DNA of 64,000 nt from Fidelibacterota bacterium (GTDB lineage: Bacteria > Fidelibacterota > Marinisomatia > Marinisomatales > Marinisomataceae). Of the stretch, positions 18,793-29,867 are shown piece by piece. The stretch covers positions 9,118 through 73,117 of the forward strand of contig JABHGE010000021.1 in NCBI GenBank assembly GCA_018672235.1. Reading direction: 5' to 3'. How positions within the stretch are numbered: position 1 is the first letter of the stretch; each line of letters begins with the position of its first letter. The notes below the pieces were generated by a model, which saw only the letters and a list, made by a program, of their open reading frames with translations, did not search any database and was not told the DNA's origin. The position numbers and the translations under genes are program-made.

Positions 18793-19972
18793 CGATCCAA
18801 TGGTTTAGATTATTTTCAGATAAATTTCTTATATCGTCATTTACAAAATCTTGTAGAATTTCTTTTGCAAATGCTTTTACTAGGATGTTGTTAGCATCAG
18901 ACTCTTTAATTCCTCTTGCCCTTAAATAAAATATACTATCTTTATCTAATGCTCCAGTAGTAGACCCATGACCACATTTCACATCATCTGCATAAATTTC
19001 TAGCTGAGGATTAGAGTGTGCCGTAGCATTTTGAGATAACAACAAATTTTTGTTTGATTGATTAGAATCTGTTTGTTGCGCTCCATCTGCTACAATAACT
19101 TTTCCATTAAATACGCAGGTTGATCGGTCTTTGAGAATATTACGTACATTTTGAGAGCTGATACAATGTTCAGCATTATGATTCATCAGTATATTATTGT
19201 CTAAATGTTGTTGATTTCTCGCAAGATTTAAAATATTAATTTTAACTTCTGATCCTTCTTTATTTAAATCTATATCTATAAAATTTTTATTAAATGTTGA
19301 ATTGATATTCATGCTATCGATATTTAATAGTACGTTTCTTCCCAATTCATAGTAATTATATCCCAAATAGTTACTTTCTGTACTATCATCATACATCATA
19401 GAATGATTTAAAATGGTATTTTCAGAACATATAAATTTTTTAAGACTTAGGTTAAAACTACTAGAACCTTTATTAACGTCTTTTTCGATGATTGAAATAT
19501 TATTACCCTGATTAAGTTTAAAAATGTTAAATGATGAGATTCTAAGACCTTCATTTTTTTTACTATAAAAATTTAAAATTTGAATTGGAGTATCAAACTT
19601 ACTTCCTTTTTTAAATTCAAAATATTTTCCAGACTTAATGGTAGACAGTCCAAGATGAAACAATGCTTCTTTTTCAAAGTTGGATGAAGTAGAGCAGATA
19701 TTTTCATCGCTTAATTGATCAATGTCCAAGATAGTCATATCATCTTTATATATAAATTTATTTAAAGATTCTAATGTGATTTCTCCGTTTATAAAGCATA
19801 GGGTGTATTCATCGTCATGATTATCGATTGACGTATCCTTATCATCAGAATTATTAGAAAGATATTTTTTTAAGTGCTTACTTGAAGAAAATTTCCAATT
19901 TTCAAGTTTTTTTGATGGATAGCCTATTTCTTCAAATCTACTATTACTATGTTTTTGTATTTTTTTTAACAT
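18785..19972 (-). CDS. sufD: Fe-S cluster assembly protein SufD
   Basis: 395 aa. C-terminal CGHGSTTGALDKDSIFYLRARGI matches the SufB/D family. Position after sufC. Confidence 0.85.
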   Translation of the reverse strand: MLKKIQKHSNSRFEEIGYPSKKLENWKFSSSKHLKKYLSNNSDDKDTSIDNHDDEYTLCFINGEITLESLNKFIYKDDMTILDIDQLSDENICSTSSNFEKEALFHLGLSTIKSGKYFEFKKGSKFDTPIQILNFYSKKNEGLRISSFNIFKLNQGNNISIIEKDVNKGSSSFNLSLKKFICSENTILNHSMMYDDSTESNYLGYNYYELGRNVLLNIDSMNINSTFNKNFIDIDLNKEGSEVKINILNLARNQQHLDNNILMNHNAEHCISSQNVRNILKDRSTCVFNGKVIVADGAQQTDSNQSNKNLLLSQNATAHSNPQLEIYADDVKCGHGSTTGALDKDSIFYLRARGIKESDANNILVKAFAKEILQDFVNDDIRNLSENNLNHWIDG

Positions 19973-19975
19973 ATT

Positions 19976-20716
19976 TTATTTCACAAGCCATGAGTAACCA
20001 TTTTTTTCTACTTCATGTACTAACGTCATATCTCCTGATTTGACAATTTTACCATCAATCATGATATGAACTACATCCGGTTTAATATACTCGAGTAGTC
20101 TTTGATAGTGAGTAATGATTAATACAGAATTATTATCATTTTTAAATTCATTTACACCTTTTGCTACGGTACGTAATGCATCCACATCTAACCCTGAATC
20201 AGTTTCATCTAGAACAGCTAATTGTGGATTCAACATTAGTAGTTGTAAGATTTCACTTTTTTTCTTTTCTCCGCCTGAAAACCCATCATTAATAGATCGT
20301 TTTAGAAATGAATCATCTAAACCAAGCTCTGATAATATTTTTTTGGCAGTTGCAAGAAATTGAACAGCATCCATTTCTTCTTCTCCATCATGTTTATTTT
20401 TTGCATTTAATGCTGCTCTTAAAAAATATGCCATGCTTACACCTGGTATAGCTACAGGATACTGAAAGCATAAAAATAATCCTTGAAGGGCTCTATTTTC
20501 AATACTCATTTCTGTAATATCATTTCCATTCATTGCAATTGAGCCACCATCTACTTCACATGTTTCATTTCCAGCGATAACATTGGCTAATGTACTTTTT
20601 CCAGATCCATTACGACCCATAATGACATGAATTTCACCCTTAGGAATTTCTAAGTTTATTCCTTTTAGAATGGCTTTATCTTCAATTGATGCTTTTAAAT
20701 TTTTAATTTTAATCAT
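19976..20716 (-). CDS. sufC: Fe-S cluster assembly ATPase SufC
   Basis: 246 aa. Walker A GRNGSGKST, signature FSGGEKKK, Walker B LAVLDETDSGLD. Confidence 0.95.
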   Translation of the reverse strand: MIKIKNLKASIEDKAILKGINLEIPKGEIHVIMGRNGSGKSTLANVIAGNETCEVDGGSIAMNGNDITEMSIENRALQGLFLCFQYPVAIPGVSMAYFLRAALNAKNKHDGEEEMDAVQFLATAKKILSELGLDDSFLKRSINDGFSGGEKKKSEILQLLMLNPQLAVLDETDSGLDVDALRTVAKGVNEFKNDNNSVLIITHYQRLLEYIKPDVVHIMIDGKIVKSGDMTLVHEVEKNGYSWLVK

Positions 20717-20720
20717 TTAT

Positions 20721-22166
20721 TTATCCTACGCTATTTTCTAATGTTACTTCAATTAATTGTTTTGCTTCTACAGCAAACTCCATTGGTAATTCTGCAAACA
20801 CTTCTTTACAAAATCCATTTACAATCATAGATACTGCATCATCAAGATTAATTCCTCGTTGATTACAGTAAAATAATTGGTCTTCACCTATGCTCGATGT
20901 GGTAGCCTCATGCTCCATTTTTGCAGTTGGATTTTTAACATCAATATATGGGAAAGTATGTGCTCCACATTTATTTCCGATTAAGATAGAATCGCACTGT
21001 GAAAAATTTCGTGCATTATCTGCATTTTTTAGAATTTTGACCCCACCTCTGTAGGTATTTTGCCCTTCTCCAGCTGAAATTCCTTTTGATATAATTGTAC
21101 TTTTGGTATTCTTACCAATATGAATCATTTTTGTACCCGTATCGGCTTGCTGCTTATTTTTCGTAACAGCAACAGAATAGAATTCTCCAACACTATGATC
21201 TCCCTGCATTATTACACTAGGATATTTCCATGTAACTGCAGATCCAGTTTCTACTTGAGTCCAAGAAATCTTAGCTCTATCTCCAGTACATATTCCCCTT
21301 TTAGTCACAAAATTATAAATTCCACCTTTGCCTTCTTTATCTCCAGCATACCAATTTTGAATAGTAGAATATTTGATTGTTGCATCTTTGTGCGCTACTA
21401 ATTCTACACATGCTGCATGCAATTGATTTTCATCGCGCATAGGAGCAGTACATCCCTCTAAATAACTTACATGACTACCTTCATCGGCTATAATGAGCGT
21501 TCTTTCAAATTGACCAGTATTAGCTGCGTTAATTCTAAAATATGTAGACAGCTCCATAGGGCAACGAACATTTTTAGGGATATAAACAAAAGATCCGTCA
21601 CTAAATACTGCGGAGTTTAAGGCTGCAAAATAATTGTCTGTACTTGGTATTACTGAGCCTAAATATTTTTTGACTAATTCTGGATGATCAATTACTGCTT
21701 CAGAGAAAGAACAAAAGATAACCCCATGTTTTGCAAGCTCTTTTTTAAAGGTTGTTGCCACTGATACGCTATCAAATACAGCGTCTACCGCAACACCTTC
21801 AAGTCGTTTTTGTTCATTCAATGAAATACCTAATTTATTATATGTTTCAATAATATCAGGATCAACATCATCTAGACTGTCATTTTTTTTATATTTAGGA
21901 GCTGAATAATAACTCAATGCTTGGTAATCTACAGGAGTATAATCTACTTGTGCCCATGTAGGTTCTTCCATTTTTTTCCAGCTCTCATATGCTTTTAGTC
22001 GCCAATCCAATAACCATTGCGGCTCTTTTTTTAATTTTGAAAGTTTTGTAATAACCCCTTCATCTAGTCCAGGTTCAAACGTAGTTGTTTCAATATTAGT
22101 TGTAAAACCATATTTATATTCTTGATCCAGAGTTGAGTCAATAATTTGTTGATTTTTGTCAATCAT
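20721..22166 (-). CDS. sufB: Fe-S cluster assembly scaffold SufB
   Basis: 481 aa. The highly conserved SufB pattern runs throughout ([40 protein letters not shown]). Confidence 0.95.
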   Translation of the reverse strand: MIDKNQQIIDSTLDQEYKYGFTTNIETTTFEPGLDEGVITKLSKLKKEPQWLLDWRLKAYESWKKMEEPTWAQVDYTPVDYQALSYYSAPKYKKNDSLDDVDPDIIETYNKLGISLNEQKRLEGVAVDAVFDSVSVATTFKKELAKHGVIFCSFSEAVIDHPELVKKYLGSVIPSTDNYFAALNSAVFSDGSFVYIPKNVRCPMELSTYFRINAANTGQFERTLIIADEGSHVSYLEGCTAPMRDENQLHAACVELVAHKDATIKYSTIQNWYAGDKEGKGGIYNFVTKRGICTGDRAKISWTQVETGSAVTWKYPSVIMQGDHSVGEFYSVAVTKNKQQADTGTKMIHIGKNTKSTIISKGISAGEGQNTYRGGVKILKNADNARNFSQCDSILIGNKCGAHTFPYIDVKNPTAKMEHEATTSSIGEDQLFYCNQRGINLDDAVSMIVNGFCKEVFAELPMEFAVEAKQLIEVTLENSVG

Positions 22167-22525
22167 TATGCTGAAAAGCTAATACCACAGCCACATGTTC
22201 GATTGGCATTGGGGTTATTAACTTTAAATCCTCCATTTAGTAAGTCGTTAGAAAAATCTATTTCACATCCTCTGACATAAATCCAACTTTTCACGTCACA
22301 AAATATTTTGATTCCATGGCTTTCATATACTTTATCGAATTCTTTTTTTTCACCATCAAAAGTAATATTATATGACATTCCTGAGCATCCGCCAGTATCA
22401 ATGGCAACACGAACGCCTTTTTTTGATGACTCTTCGCTTTCCATGATATTTTTTAGTCGTATAGCAGCTTTTTCTGATATAGTAATAGGTTGTTCTAGTG
22501 GTTGATTTTCCATATTAAAGTCCAA
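22166..22525 (-). CDS. sufA: A-type Fe-S carrier (IscA/SufA/ErpA, HesB family)
   Basis: 119 aa (start may be M at 22513). GGCSGMSY and C-terminal CGCGISF. Confidence 0.85.
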   Translation of the reverse strand: MDFNMENQPLEQPITISEKAAIRLKNIMESEESSKKGVRVAIDTGGCSGMSYNITFDGEKKEFDKVYESHGIKIFCDVKSWIYVRGCEIDFSNDLLNGGFKVNNPNANRTCGCGISFSA

Positions 22526-22829
22526 GTTTTTGTTTGCCTTCTTCAGTCATCATTTCTGGACTCCAAGGCGGGTCAAATGTAATCTCTACATTAATAGTAT
22601 CCATGTATTTTAATTCAGTAATCTTATTTTTAATATCATCTATCATATACTGACCCATTGAGCATCCCGGTGTCGTTAAGGACATAGTAATATCTACTCC
22701 AAATCTTTCTTTAGGCTGTTCATAGATATGCAAGTCATAGATGAGTCCAAGGTTCCAAAGATCAATTGGAAGTTCAGGATCATAACATTCTTTTAGTATG
22801 TCAATTATGCTGTTTTTTATATCTTTCAT
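22515..22829 (-). CDS. DUF59 (MIP18-like) Fe-S assembly protein, short form
   Basis: 104 aa. CYDPELPIDLWNLGLIY, TTPGCSMG. First gene of the suf cluster. Confidence 0.7.
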   Translation of the reverse strand: MKDIKNSIIDILKECYDPELPIDLWNLGLIYDLHIYEQPKERFGVDITMSLTTPGCSMGQYMIDDIKNKITELKYMDTINVEITFDPPWSPEMMTEEGKQKLGL

Positions 22830-22949
22830 AACAGGAAAAAAATTTAACTCATACGGGTGTTATGTCCTATATTTTTAGAAAATATTTGTTCCAATACTAA
22901 TCTTATTATAAGTTGATGTTGATTTAACTAAATAATGGGAATTTGAAAT

Positions 22950-23429
22950 ATGGCAACTTTGATTTTACGCGACACGCACCGCATACTAGTAGAAAAAATG
23001 AAATCTCTTAATAAAGAGAAAAGAGAGACTTCTTTAAGGATTAGAGAAGCAGCTGATCAAGGAGATCTTAAAGAAAATGCTGAATATCACGCCGCTAGAG
23101 AGCACCAAAGTTTGCTTGTGTATAAAATACAATTTCTACAGTCTCATGCACCATTTAAAATGATCGGGAACAGTGATATTGAAACCGATGATGTAGGATT
23201 TGGTAATAAAGTTACAATCCACGAAGAAGGCAAAGATGAGGCTGAAGACTATTATATGTTAGGTCCTATCGAATCTGAGCTAGATCTTTATCCTCTAGCT
23301 GTAACCTATAAGTCACCTTTTGCTCAAGCAATAATTGGCAAAAAGATTAATGAAAGCTTTACGCTTGAAATTCAGGGCAAAGATACAAAATTCACAATTA
23401 CTGCAATTGAAAAAATTTCTGCAGAATAA
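22950..23429 (+). CDS. greA: Transcription elongation factor GreA
   Basis: 159 aa. Coiled-coil motif GDLKENAEYHAAREHQ. C-terminal Gre domain. Confidence 0.85.
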   Translation: MATLILRDTHRILVEKMKSLNKEKRETSLRIREAADQGDLKENAEYHAAREHQSLLVYKIQFLQSHAPFKMIGNSDIETDDVGFGNKVTIHEEGKDEAEDYYMLGPIESELDLYPLAVTYKSPFAQAIIGKKINESFTLEIQGKDTKFTITAIEKISAE

Positions 23430-23530
23430 AATAAAATAATCTGAGATAAAAATACCTATTTTTTTAATTTCCATAACTAATTGCTTACTTTATTTCCGTA
23501 ATGTAAATTGATGTTCATTTGAAGGCAATA

Positions 23531-25384
23531 ATGAGTAAAAAAGCTAAAATAGAGACAGTAGATAATGTAACCATTCGATTTGCGGGCGACTCCGGAGATG
23601 GAATGCAATTAAGTGGAGGAAGATTTACTCAAACCTCTGCAATTATGGGAAATGATTTAAGTACTTTGCCAGATTTTCCTGCTGAAATTCGTGCACCTGC
23701 TGGATCTTTAGCGGGAGTGAGTTCATTCCAAATTCATTTCAGTTCTCAAGAAATTCATACACCGGGAGAAAATCCAGATGTATTGGTCGCAATGAATCCA
23801 GCGGCTTTAAAAGTACATTTAAAAGATCTGACACCAGGTGGAACATTAATTATTAACAAGAATGCATTTACGACTAAAAATTTAAAACTTGCAGGATATG
23901 AAAGTGACCCAACAGAAGATGGGTCCTTGGAAGATTATTATTCTGCTCATTTTATAGAGATGAGTAAACTAGTTACTCTTGCATGCGAAGGAATTGATTT
24001 AGCTCCTAAGTTAATTGATAGAACAAAAAATTTATGCGCTTTGGGCGTTTTATTCTGGATATATGATAGACCTTTAGAGCCTACCATTGAGTGGTTAAAT
24101 AAAAAATTTAAATCCAAACCTGATATTGTCGATGCAAATGTGAAAGCATTGCATGCCGGATATAACTATGGAGATACTGCTGAAATATTTACTACAAGAT
24201 ATGTAGTAAATAAAGCAAAACTACCCGCAGGTAAATATAGAAATATTAATGGAACACTGGCTACATGTCTCGGGCTACTAACTGCAGTGGAAAAAAGCAA
24301 TTTAAGTCTTACTTTTGCAGGTTATCCTATTACCCCTGCAAGTAACATATTACATACATTAGCTAATTGGAAAAGATTTGGTGTAAAAACTTATCAAGCC
24401 GAAGATGAAATTGCCGGAATAGGAGCAGCTCTTGGCGCATCTTATGGAGGTTCTTTAGGTGTGACTGCATCTTCAGGTCCAGGAATTGCTTTAAAAGGAG
24501 AATTCTTAGGCCTAGCAATCATTACTGAATTACCATTAGTTGTTATTAATGTACAAAGAGGTGGACCAAGCACTGGATTGCCTACAAAAACTGAGCAATC
24601 AGACTTATTTCAAGCAGTATATGGAAGAAATGGAGAAGCTCCAATGCCAGTTATTGCAGCATCTACGCCAGGAGATTGTTATTATACAGCATACGAAGCT
24701 TGTAGAATAGCAGTAAAATATATGACACCAGTAATGATGCTTTCTGATGGATATTTAGTAAATGGATCAGAGCCATGGATTATTCCAAACCCTGATGATC
24801 TTGAAGATTTTGATGCAGAGTTTGTAAAAGAAAATTTAACTGATGAACAATACTTACCCTATAAGCGTAACGAAGAAACGCTGGCAAGAGGATGGGCAAT
24901 TCCAGGAACTAAAGGCTTAGAGCATCGTATTGGTGGGATAGAAAAACAAGATGTGACAGGTAATGTAAACTATGATTCAGATAACCATGAAAAAATGGTT
25001 CAAATCAGAGCACAGAAAGTAGCAAATATTGCCAATGAGTTACCTCCTACGGAAGTATTTGGAGAAAAAGAAGGCGATTTATTAATTTTGAGTTGGGGAA
25101 GTACACATGGAACTTGTAAGTCAGCGACAGAATCACTGCTATCAGAAAATTTAAAAGTAGCGCATGTATCTATCAGATGGATTAGTCCACTTCCAAATGA
25201 TCTAAAAGATATTTTATCAAACTATAAGAATGTGTTAATGCCTGAGATTAATACCGGGCAATTTCGTCAAATAGTTCGTGCAGAATTTTTAGTAGATGCA
25301 ATTGGATTAAATGAAGTTCAAGGTAAACCATTAGGTGCTTCTACTATAGTTGCAAAAGCCAAGGAAATCATCAATGAGCGATAA
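23531..25384 (+). CDS. korA: 2-oxoglutarate:ferredoxin (2-oxoacid:acceptor) oxidoreductase subunit alpha
   Basis: About 617 aa from ATG 23531 (the track start 23519 is TTG). IRFAGDSGDGMQ, GYPITPAS, VINVQRGGPSTGLPTKTEQSDL. Confidence 0.85.
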   Translation: MSKKAKIETVDNVTIRFAGDSGDGMQLSGGRFTQTSAIMGNDLSTLPDFPAEIRAPAGSLAGVSSFQIHFSSQEIHTPGENPDVLVAMNPAALKVHLKDLTPGGTLIINKNAFTTKNLKLAGYESDPTEDGSLEDYYSAHFIEMSKLVTLACEGIDLAPKLIDRTKNLCALGVLFWIYDRPLEPTIEWLNKKFKSKPDIVDANVKALHAGYNYGDTAEIFTTRYVVNKAKLPAGKYRNINGTLATCLGLLTAVEKSNLSLTFAGYPITPASNILHTLANWKRFGVKTYQAEDEIAGIGAALGASYGGSLGVTASSGPGIALKGEFLGLAIITELPLVVINVQRGGPSTGLPTKTEQSDLFQAVYGRNGEAPMPVIAASTPGDCYYTAYEACRIAVKYMTPVMMLSDGYLVNGSEPWIIPNPDDLEDFDAEFVKENLTDEQYLPYKRNEETLARGWAIPGTKGLEHRIGGIEKQDVTGNVNYDSDNHEKMVQIRAQKVANIANELPPTEVFGEKEGDLLILSWGSTHGTCKSATESLLSENLKVAHVSIRWISPLPNDLKDILSNYKNVLMPEINTGQFRQIVRAEFLVDAIGLNEVQGKPLGASTIVAKAKEIINER

Positions 25385-26387
25385 GCCATTACTAAAGAAA
25401 GCTGATTTCCAATCAGATCAAGCCATTCGTTGGTGTCCAGGATGTGGAGACTATGCTATATTAGCACAAACACAAAAAACATTTCCTCAGATTACTGAAG
25501 ATAAAGAAAATACGGTCTTTGTATCAGGGATTGGATGTTCTAGTCGATTCCCTTATTATATGAATACGTACGGATTTCATACAATTCATGGACGAGCTCC
25601 AACAATTGCTAGTGGATTAAAGATGGCTAATCCAGATTTATCTGTATGGTTAGTAACAGGAGATGGCGATGGACTTTCTATCGGAGGAAATCATATGATT
25701 CACCTGCTAAGAAGGAATTTTGATATAAATATTATGTTATTTAATAATCGTATTTATGGATTAACAAAAGGACAATATTCTCCTACGTCAGAGCAAGGAA
25801 AAGTAACATATTCTACTCCAATGGGGTCATTAGATTATCCATTCAAGCCTACAAAGTTAGCGCTTGGAGCAGAAGCCTCTTTTGTAGCGAAAACAATCGA
25901 TAAAGAATTAAAGCATTTACAAGCTATGATTCTGCGAGCAAATGAGCATAAAGGAACTTCATTTATTGAAATCTACCAAAATTGTAATATTTTTAATGAC
26001 GGCGCTTTTGCTAAGTTAACTGATCGAGATACCAAAGAAGAACAACTGCTTCGATTGGAACATGGCGAGCCACTCATTTTTGGCACCGAGAAAGATAAAG
26101 GTATTTACTTAGATGGCACTACTCCTAAGGTGGTTAAAATAGGGCATGAGTACTCTATAGATGATATTGTAGTACATGACGAAGAAGATAGGTTTATAGG
26201 TGATATGTTAGCTAACTTTACTGAGAGTGAAGAATTTCCAGAACCAGTTGGAGTGTTATACTGCAAAGAAAGACCAACTTACGACAGTCTTATGAGCGCT
26301 CAAATGGACGAATCTCAAAAAGGAAGTAAGAGCTCAAAAGGATTAAATGAATTACTTAACGCCGGAGATACTTGGGAGGTAAAATGA
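25374..26387 (+). CDS. korB: 2-oxoglutarate:ferredoxin oxidoreductase subunit beta (TPP-binding)
   Basis: ATG 25374 overlaps korA by 11 nt. WCPGCGDYAIL, GIGCSSRFPYY, TGDGDGLSIGGNH. Confidence 0.85.
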   Translation: MSDKPLLKKADFQSDQAIRWCPGCGDYAILAQTQKTFPQITEDKENTVFVSGIGCSSRFPYYMNTYGFHTIHGRAPTIASGLKMANPDLSVWLVTGDGDGLSIGGNHMIHLLRRNFDINIMLFNNRIYGLTKGQYSPTSEQGKVTYSTPMGSLDYPFKPTKLALGAEASFVAKTIDKELKHLQAMILRANEHKGTSFIEIYQNCNIFNDGAFAKLTDRDTKEEQLLRLEHGEPLIFGTEKDKGIYLDGTTPKVVKIGHEYSIDDIVVHDEEDRFIGDMLANFTESEEFPEPVGVLYCKERPTYDSLMSAQMDESQKGSKSSKGLNELLNAGDTWEVK

Positions 26388-27787
26388 CAAAATTTAGAAC
26401 CGAAAAAGATAGCTTAGGGGAAGTTAAAGTTCCTGCTAACGCTTATTACGGAGCACAAACTCAGAGAGCAGTTGAAAATTTTGAAATTGGATGGCCGATG
26501 GAGTTTAGTCTTATCTTACCTTATATCATTATCAAAAAAGCTGCAGCCATGACTAATCATGCTCAGAAAAGATTGTCAGAAAAATTAGCTAACTCTATTA
26601 TGAAAGCCTGTGATGATATCACTGATAATCCTGAAAAATTTCTTGATCAATTCCCTGTAGCCGTATTTCAAACAGGAAGCGGAACCCAAACTAATATGAA
26701 TGTTAATGAGGTTGTAGCTAATAGAGCGAATGAAATATTAGGCGGGAAGTTAGGTGAATATAAATTTGTTCATCCAAACGATCATGTGAATATGTCACAA
26801 TCCACTAATGATACATTTCCAACTGCTATTTTAGTAGGGTGCGTACTAAGTGTAGAAGATAATTTATTACCAACCTTAGAGCTTTTGAAAAAAGGATTAC
26901 AAAAAAAGAGTAAAGAATTTGACAGTATTATAAAAGTAGGTAGAACACATTTACAAGATGCCACTCCTATAAGGTTGGGTCAGGAATTTTCTGGATATAC
27001 TTCCATGATTAGCCATGACATTGAAAGAATTAAAACAGCAGCAAAAGAGTGCAGACAACTCCCAGTTGGAGGAACCGCTGTAGGAACAGGAATTAATACT
27101 CTTGAAGGATTTGATACATTAACAGCTAGCTTTATTGCAGAGGAAACTGATATTGAGTTCAGTGTATGTGATAATAAATTTGAATTACTTTCGTCTCAGA
27201 ATCCTTTATCAAATCTATCTTCTCAGATAAAAATATGCGCAGGATCTCTTAATAAAATTGCGAATGATATTAGATGGTTGGCTAGCGGTCCTATGGCAGG
27301 CATTGGAGAACTAAAACTTCCTTCTAACGAGCCAGGAAGTTCTATTATGCCAGGAAAGGTTAATCCAACACAATGCGAAGCAGTAAATATGGTATATGCA
27401 CAAATTTTAGGTAATGATTTAACAGTCAATTACGCTGGATCAAATGGAAATTTTGAGCTGAATACTTATAGACCAATTATTGCATCTTCAATCCATGAAT
27501 CTATTACCCTATTAGCGGAAGTTGCAGAATCTTTCACCTTAAATGCATTAAATGGACTAGAGGCTAATAGAAAAAAAATTCAAGAAAATTTAAATAAATC
27601 ATTAATGTTAGTTACAGCATTAAATCCAGTTATTGGTTACGAAAAATCAGCAGAAATTGCAAAGAAAGCTTTAAAAGAGAACATTTCATTGAAAGAAAGT
27701 GCCAAGAAATTAAAATATCTTTCGGAACAAGAGTTTGATGAGATCGTTAAACCAGAATTGATGGTTTCTCCAAAAAAATATGATTAA
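26384..27787 (+). CDS. fumC: Fumarate hydratase class II
   Basis: ATGA overlap with the korB stop. Signature GSSIMPGKVNPTQCEA, plus SQSTNDTFPTA. Confidence 0.95.
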   Translation: MTKFRTEKDSLGEVKVPANAYYGAQTQRAVENFEIGWPMEFSLILPYIIIKKAAAMTNHAQKRLSEKLANSIMKACDDITDNPEKFLDQFPVAVFQTGSGTQTNMNVNEVVANRANEILGGKLGEYKFVHPNDHVNMSQSTNDTFPTAILVGCVLSVEDNLLPTLELLKKGLQKKSKEFDSIIKVGRTHLQDATPIRLGQEFSGYTSMISHDIERIKTAAKECRQLPVGGTAVGTGINTLEGFDTLTASFIAEETDIEFSVCDNKFELLSSQNPLSNLSSQIKICAGSLNKIANDIRWLASGPMAGIGELKLPSNEPGSSIMPGKVNPTQCEAVNMVYAQILGNDLTVNYAGSNGNFELNTYRPIIASSIHESITLLAEVAESFTLNALNGLEANRKKIQENLNKSLMLVTALNPVIGYEKSAEIAKKALKENISLKESAKKLKYLSEQEFDEIVKPELMVSPKKYD

Positions 27788-29867
27788 ATCTTTTTTAAGT
27801 TCTGTTAGAATCATTGCTTATCTTTCTATCTTAGTAATCTTCTATGTTGTATATCTATCAAGAGACTTGCCTTCATTAGAACGATTGGAGACATTCGATC
27901 CAGCAATGTTATCTACGCTCTACGACAGAAATGACGAAGTCATTGGTGAATTCTATATTCAAAAAAGAGTATTTATTGATATAGAAGATATGCCAGAACA
28001 TCTTAAGCATGCAGTTATTGCATCAGAGGATAGGCGATTTTACGGACATTGGGGAGTTGATTTACAAAGTGTTTTTCGTGCCGTTATAGTTAATGTTTCT
28101 TCCATGAGCTTTAGACAAGGTTTTAGTACTCTGTCTCAACAGTTAGCAAGAAATCTTTATAAAGAAGTTGGATTTAGAGATAGCATTACGAGAAAACTAA
28201 AAGAAATGATAACTGCCATTCAGATTGAAAGAACCTATACGAAAGAAGAGATTTTAGAAATGTATTTAAACACAGTACATTTTGGACATGGAACCTATGG
28301 TGCTGAATCAGCTGCAAAAAGATACTTTAATAAAAAAGCATCAGAGTTAACAATTGGAGAATCTGCAATGCTTGTAGGGCTATTACCTTCTCCCGCTAAT
28401 TATTCTCCTCTAAGAAACTTAAATAAAGCAATAGAGAGAAGATCTATTGTTTTAAAGGTAATGTATAATCAAGACTATATTGATCACCAAGAGTATATAG
28501 AGAATAATAGTATTATCCCTGATAACATTTCCTATGAAATTCCAAGAGGTAAAGCCCCTTATTTTGCAGAATATGTTAGAAGAATTTTAGAAAAACAAGA
28601 TGATGAATTAGGTATTAATATTTATCAGGATGGACTAAAAATTTATACAACTTTAGACTATCGACTTCAAAAGATTGCAGAAGATGTTGTGATGAAAACA
28701 CTTAAAAAAAACCAAGATGAATTCAACACCCAACTCTTTGAAGACCCTGATAGGTTTTCCAAGCTAGGATATTTATCTATTTTTCCTGAAGACTCAGTAA
28801 AAATGATGTTGAATGGACAGATGAAGCTATATGAAGAGCTAAGACAAAACTTATTGGTACAATGCGCATTCATTGCTTTGAATAGTAAGAATGGAGAGAT
28901 ATTAGCAATGATTGGTGGAAGATCTGATTATTTAGATCAATACAATCGATCAACTCAAGCTCTACGACAACCAGGCTCTGTATTTAAACCATATATCTAT
29001 ACTGCTGCAATTGATAATAATTATCCAGTTACCACACAACTTCTTAATCAGCCCGTTGCCTTATATCGAAATAATGCTAAGGGAGAGAAAGAAAAATGGA
29101 CTCCTAGAAATTATGATAATAGTACTGGAGGGTTAACTACATTGAGGGAAGGTCTACGAAGATCATTAAACCTAATTTCTGTACGAATGGTTCAAGAGTT
29201 AGTTCCACCTCAACAGGTTAAAAATATAGCAAGAAGAATGCAGATTAATTCTTCCATTAGAGCAGTAGATGCAATTGCATTAGGAACCTCCGAAGTTAGA
29301 CCCATAGAGATTGTAGCTTCGTATGCAACATTTGCTAATAAAGGAATCTATTCTTCTCCTATTGCCATCACTAGAATTGAAGATAAATATGGTCAGATTA
29401 TTAAAGAATTTACTAATACTCAGAAAGAAGTTTTAAGTCCTGAAACAGCTTATATGGTCACCAATTTATTGCAAACGGTTATGGATAAAGGTACTGGCGG
29501 AAGCGTACGATGGAAATATAAATTTAGACATGTAGCAGGCGGAAAGACAGGTACTACACAAAACTGGAGTGATGCATGGTTTGTTGGATTTACTCCTAGT
29601 ATTACCGCCGGAGCATGGTTTGGAGTAGATCAATACCCCATTAGCCTTGGTAAAGGTCAAGCTGGAAGTGTAGCAGCACTTCCTGCATGGGCATTATTTA
29701 TGAAAGAAGCACACAAAACATTAAACATACCAAGCGAACCATTTGTAATGCCTGAAGGTGTGGTAGAAGTAGAAATTGATTCTGATACCAAGCAATTACC
29801 TACATCAAGAACGAAGAAAACTGAAATAGAAATATTTTTAAAGAGTAATCAACCTAGATTTAATTAA
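27780..29867 (+). CDS. mrcA: Bifunctional penicillin-binding protein 1A (glycosyltransferase/transpeptidase)
   Basis: 695 aa. GT51 motifs EDRRFYGHWGVD and STLSQQLARN. Transpeptidase motifs SVFKP, SLN, KTGTT. 8-nt overlap with fumC. Confidence 0.9.
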   Translation: MIKSFLSSVRIIAYLSILVIFYVVYLSRDLPSLERLETFDPAMLSTLYDRNDEVIGEFYIQKRVFIDIEDMPEHLKHAVIASEDRRFYGHWGVDLQSVFRAVIVNVSSMSFRQGFSTLSQQLARNLYKEVGFRDSITRKLKEMITAIQIERTYTKEEILEMYLNTVHFGHGTYGAESAAKRYFNKKASELTIGESAMLVGLLPSPANYSPLRNLNKAIERRSIVLKVMYNQDYIDHQEYIENNSIIPDNISYEIPRGKAPYFAEYVRRILEKQDDELGINIYQDGLKIYTTLDYRLQKIAEDVVMKTLKKNQDEFNTQLFEDPDRFSKLGYLSIFPEDSVKMMLNGQMKLYEELRQNLLVQCAFIALNSKNGEILAMIGGRSDYLDQYNRSTQALRQPGSVFKPYIYTAAIDNNYPVTTQLLNQPVALYRNNAKGEKEKWTPRNYDNSTGGLTTLREGLRRSLNLISVRMVQELVPPQQVKNIARRMQINSSIRAVDAIALGTSEVRPIEIVASYATFANKGIYSSPIAITRIEDKYGQIIKEFTNTQKEVLSPETAYMVTNLLQTVMDKGTGGSVRWKYKFRHVAGGKTGTTQNWSDAWFVGFTPSITAGAWFGVDQYPISLGKGQAGSVAALPAWALFMKEAHKTLNIPSEPFVMPEGVVEVEIDSDTKQLPTSRTKKTEIEIFLKSNQPRFN

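Noticed and set aside
23519-26383. Extended N-termini given in the track for korA (23519), korB (25350) and fumC (26372)
   Set aside because: These begin at non-ATG codons upstream. Conserved N-termini (MSKKAK..., MSDKPLL..., MTKFRTEKDSLGE) start at ATGs 23531, 25374 and 26384, which also give typical overlap coupling.
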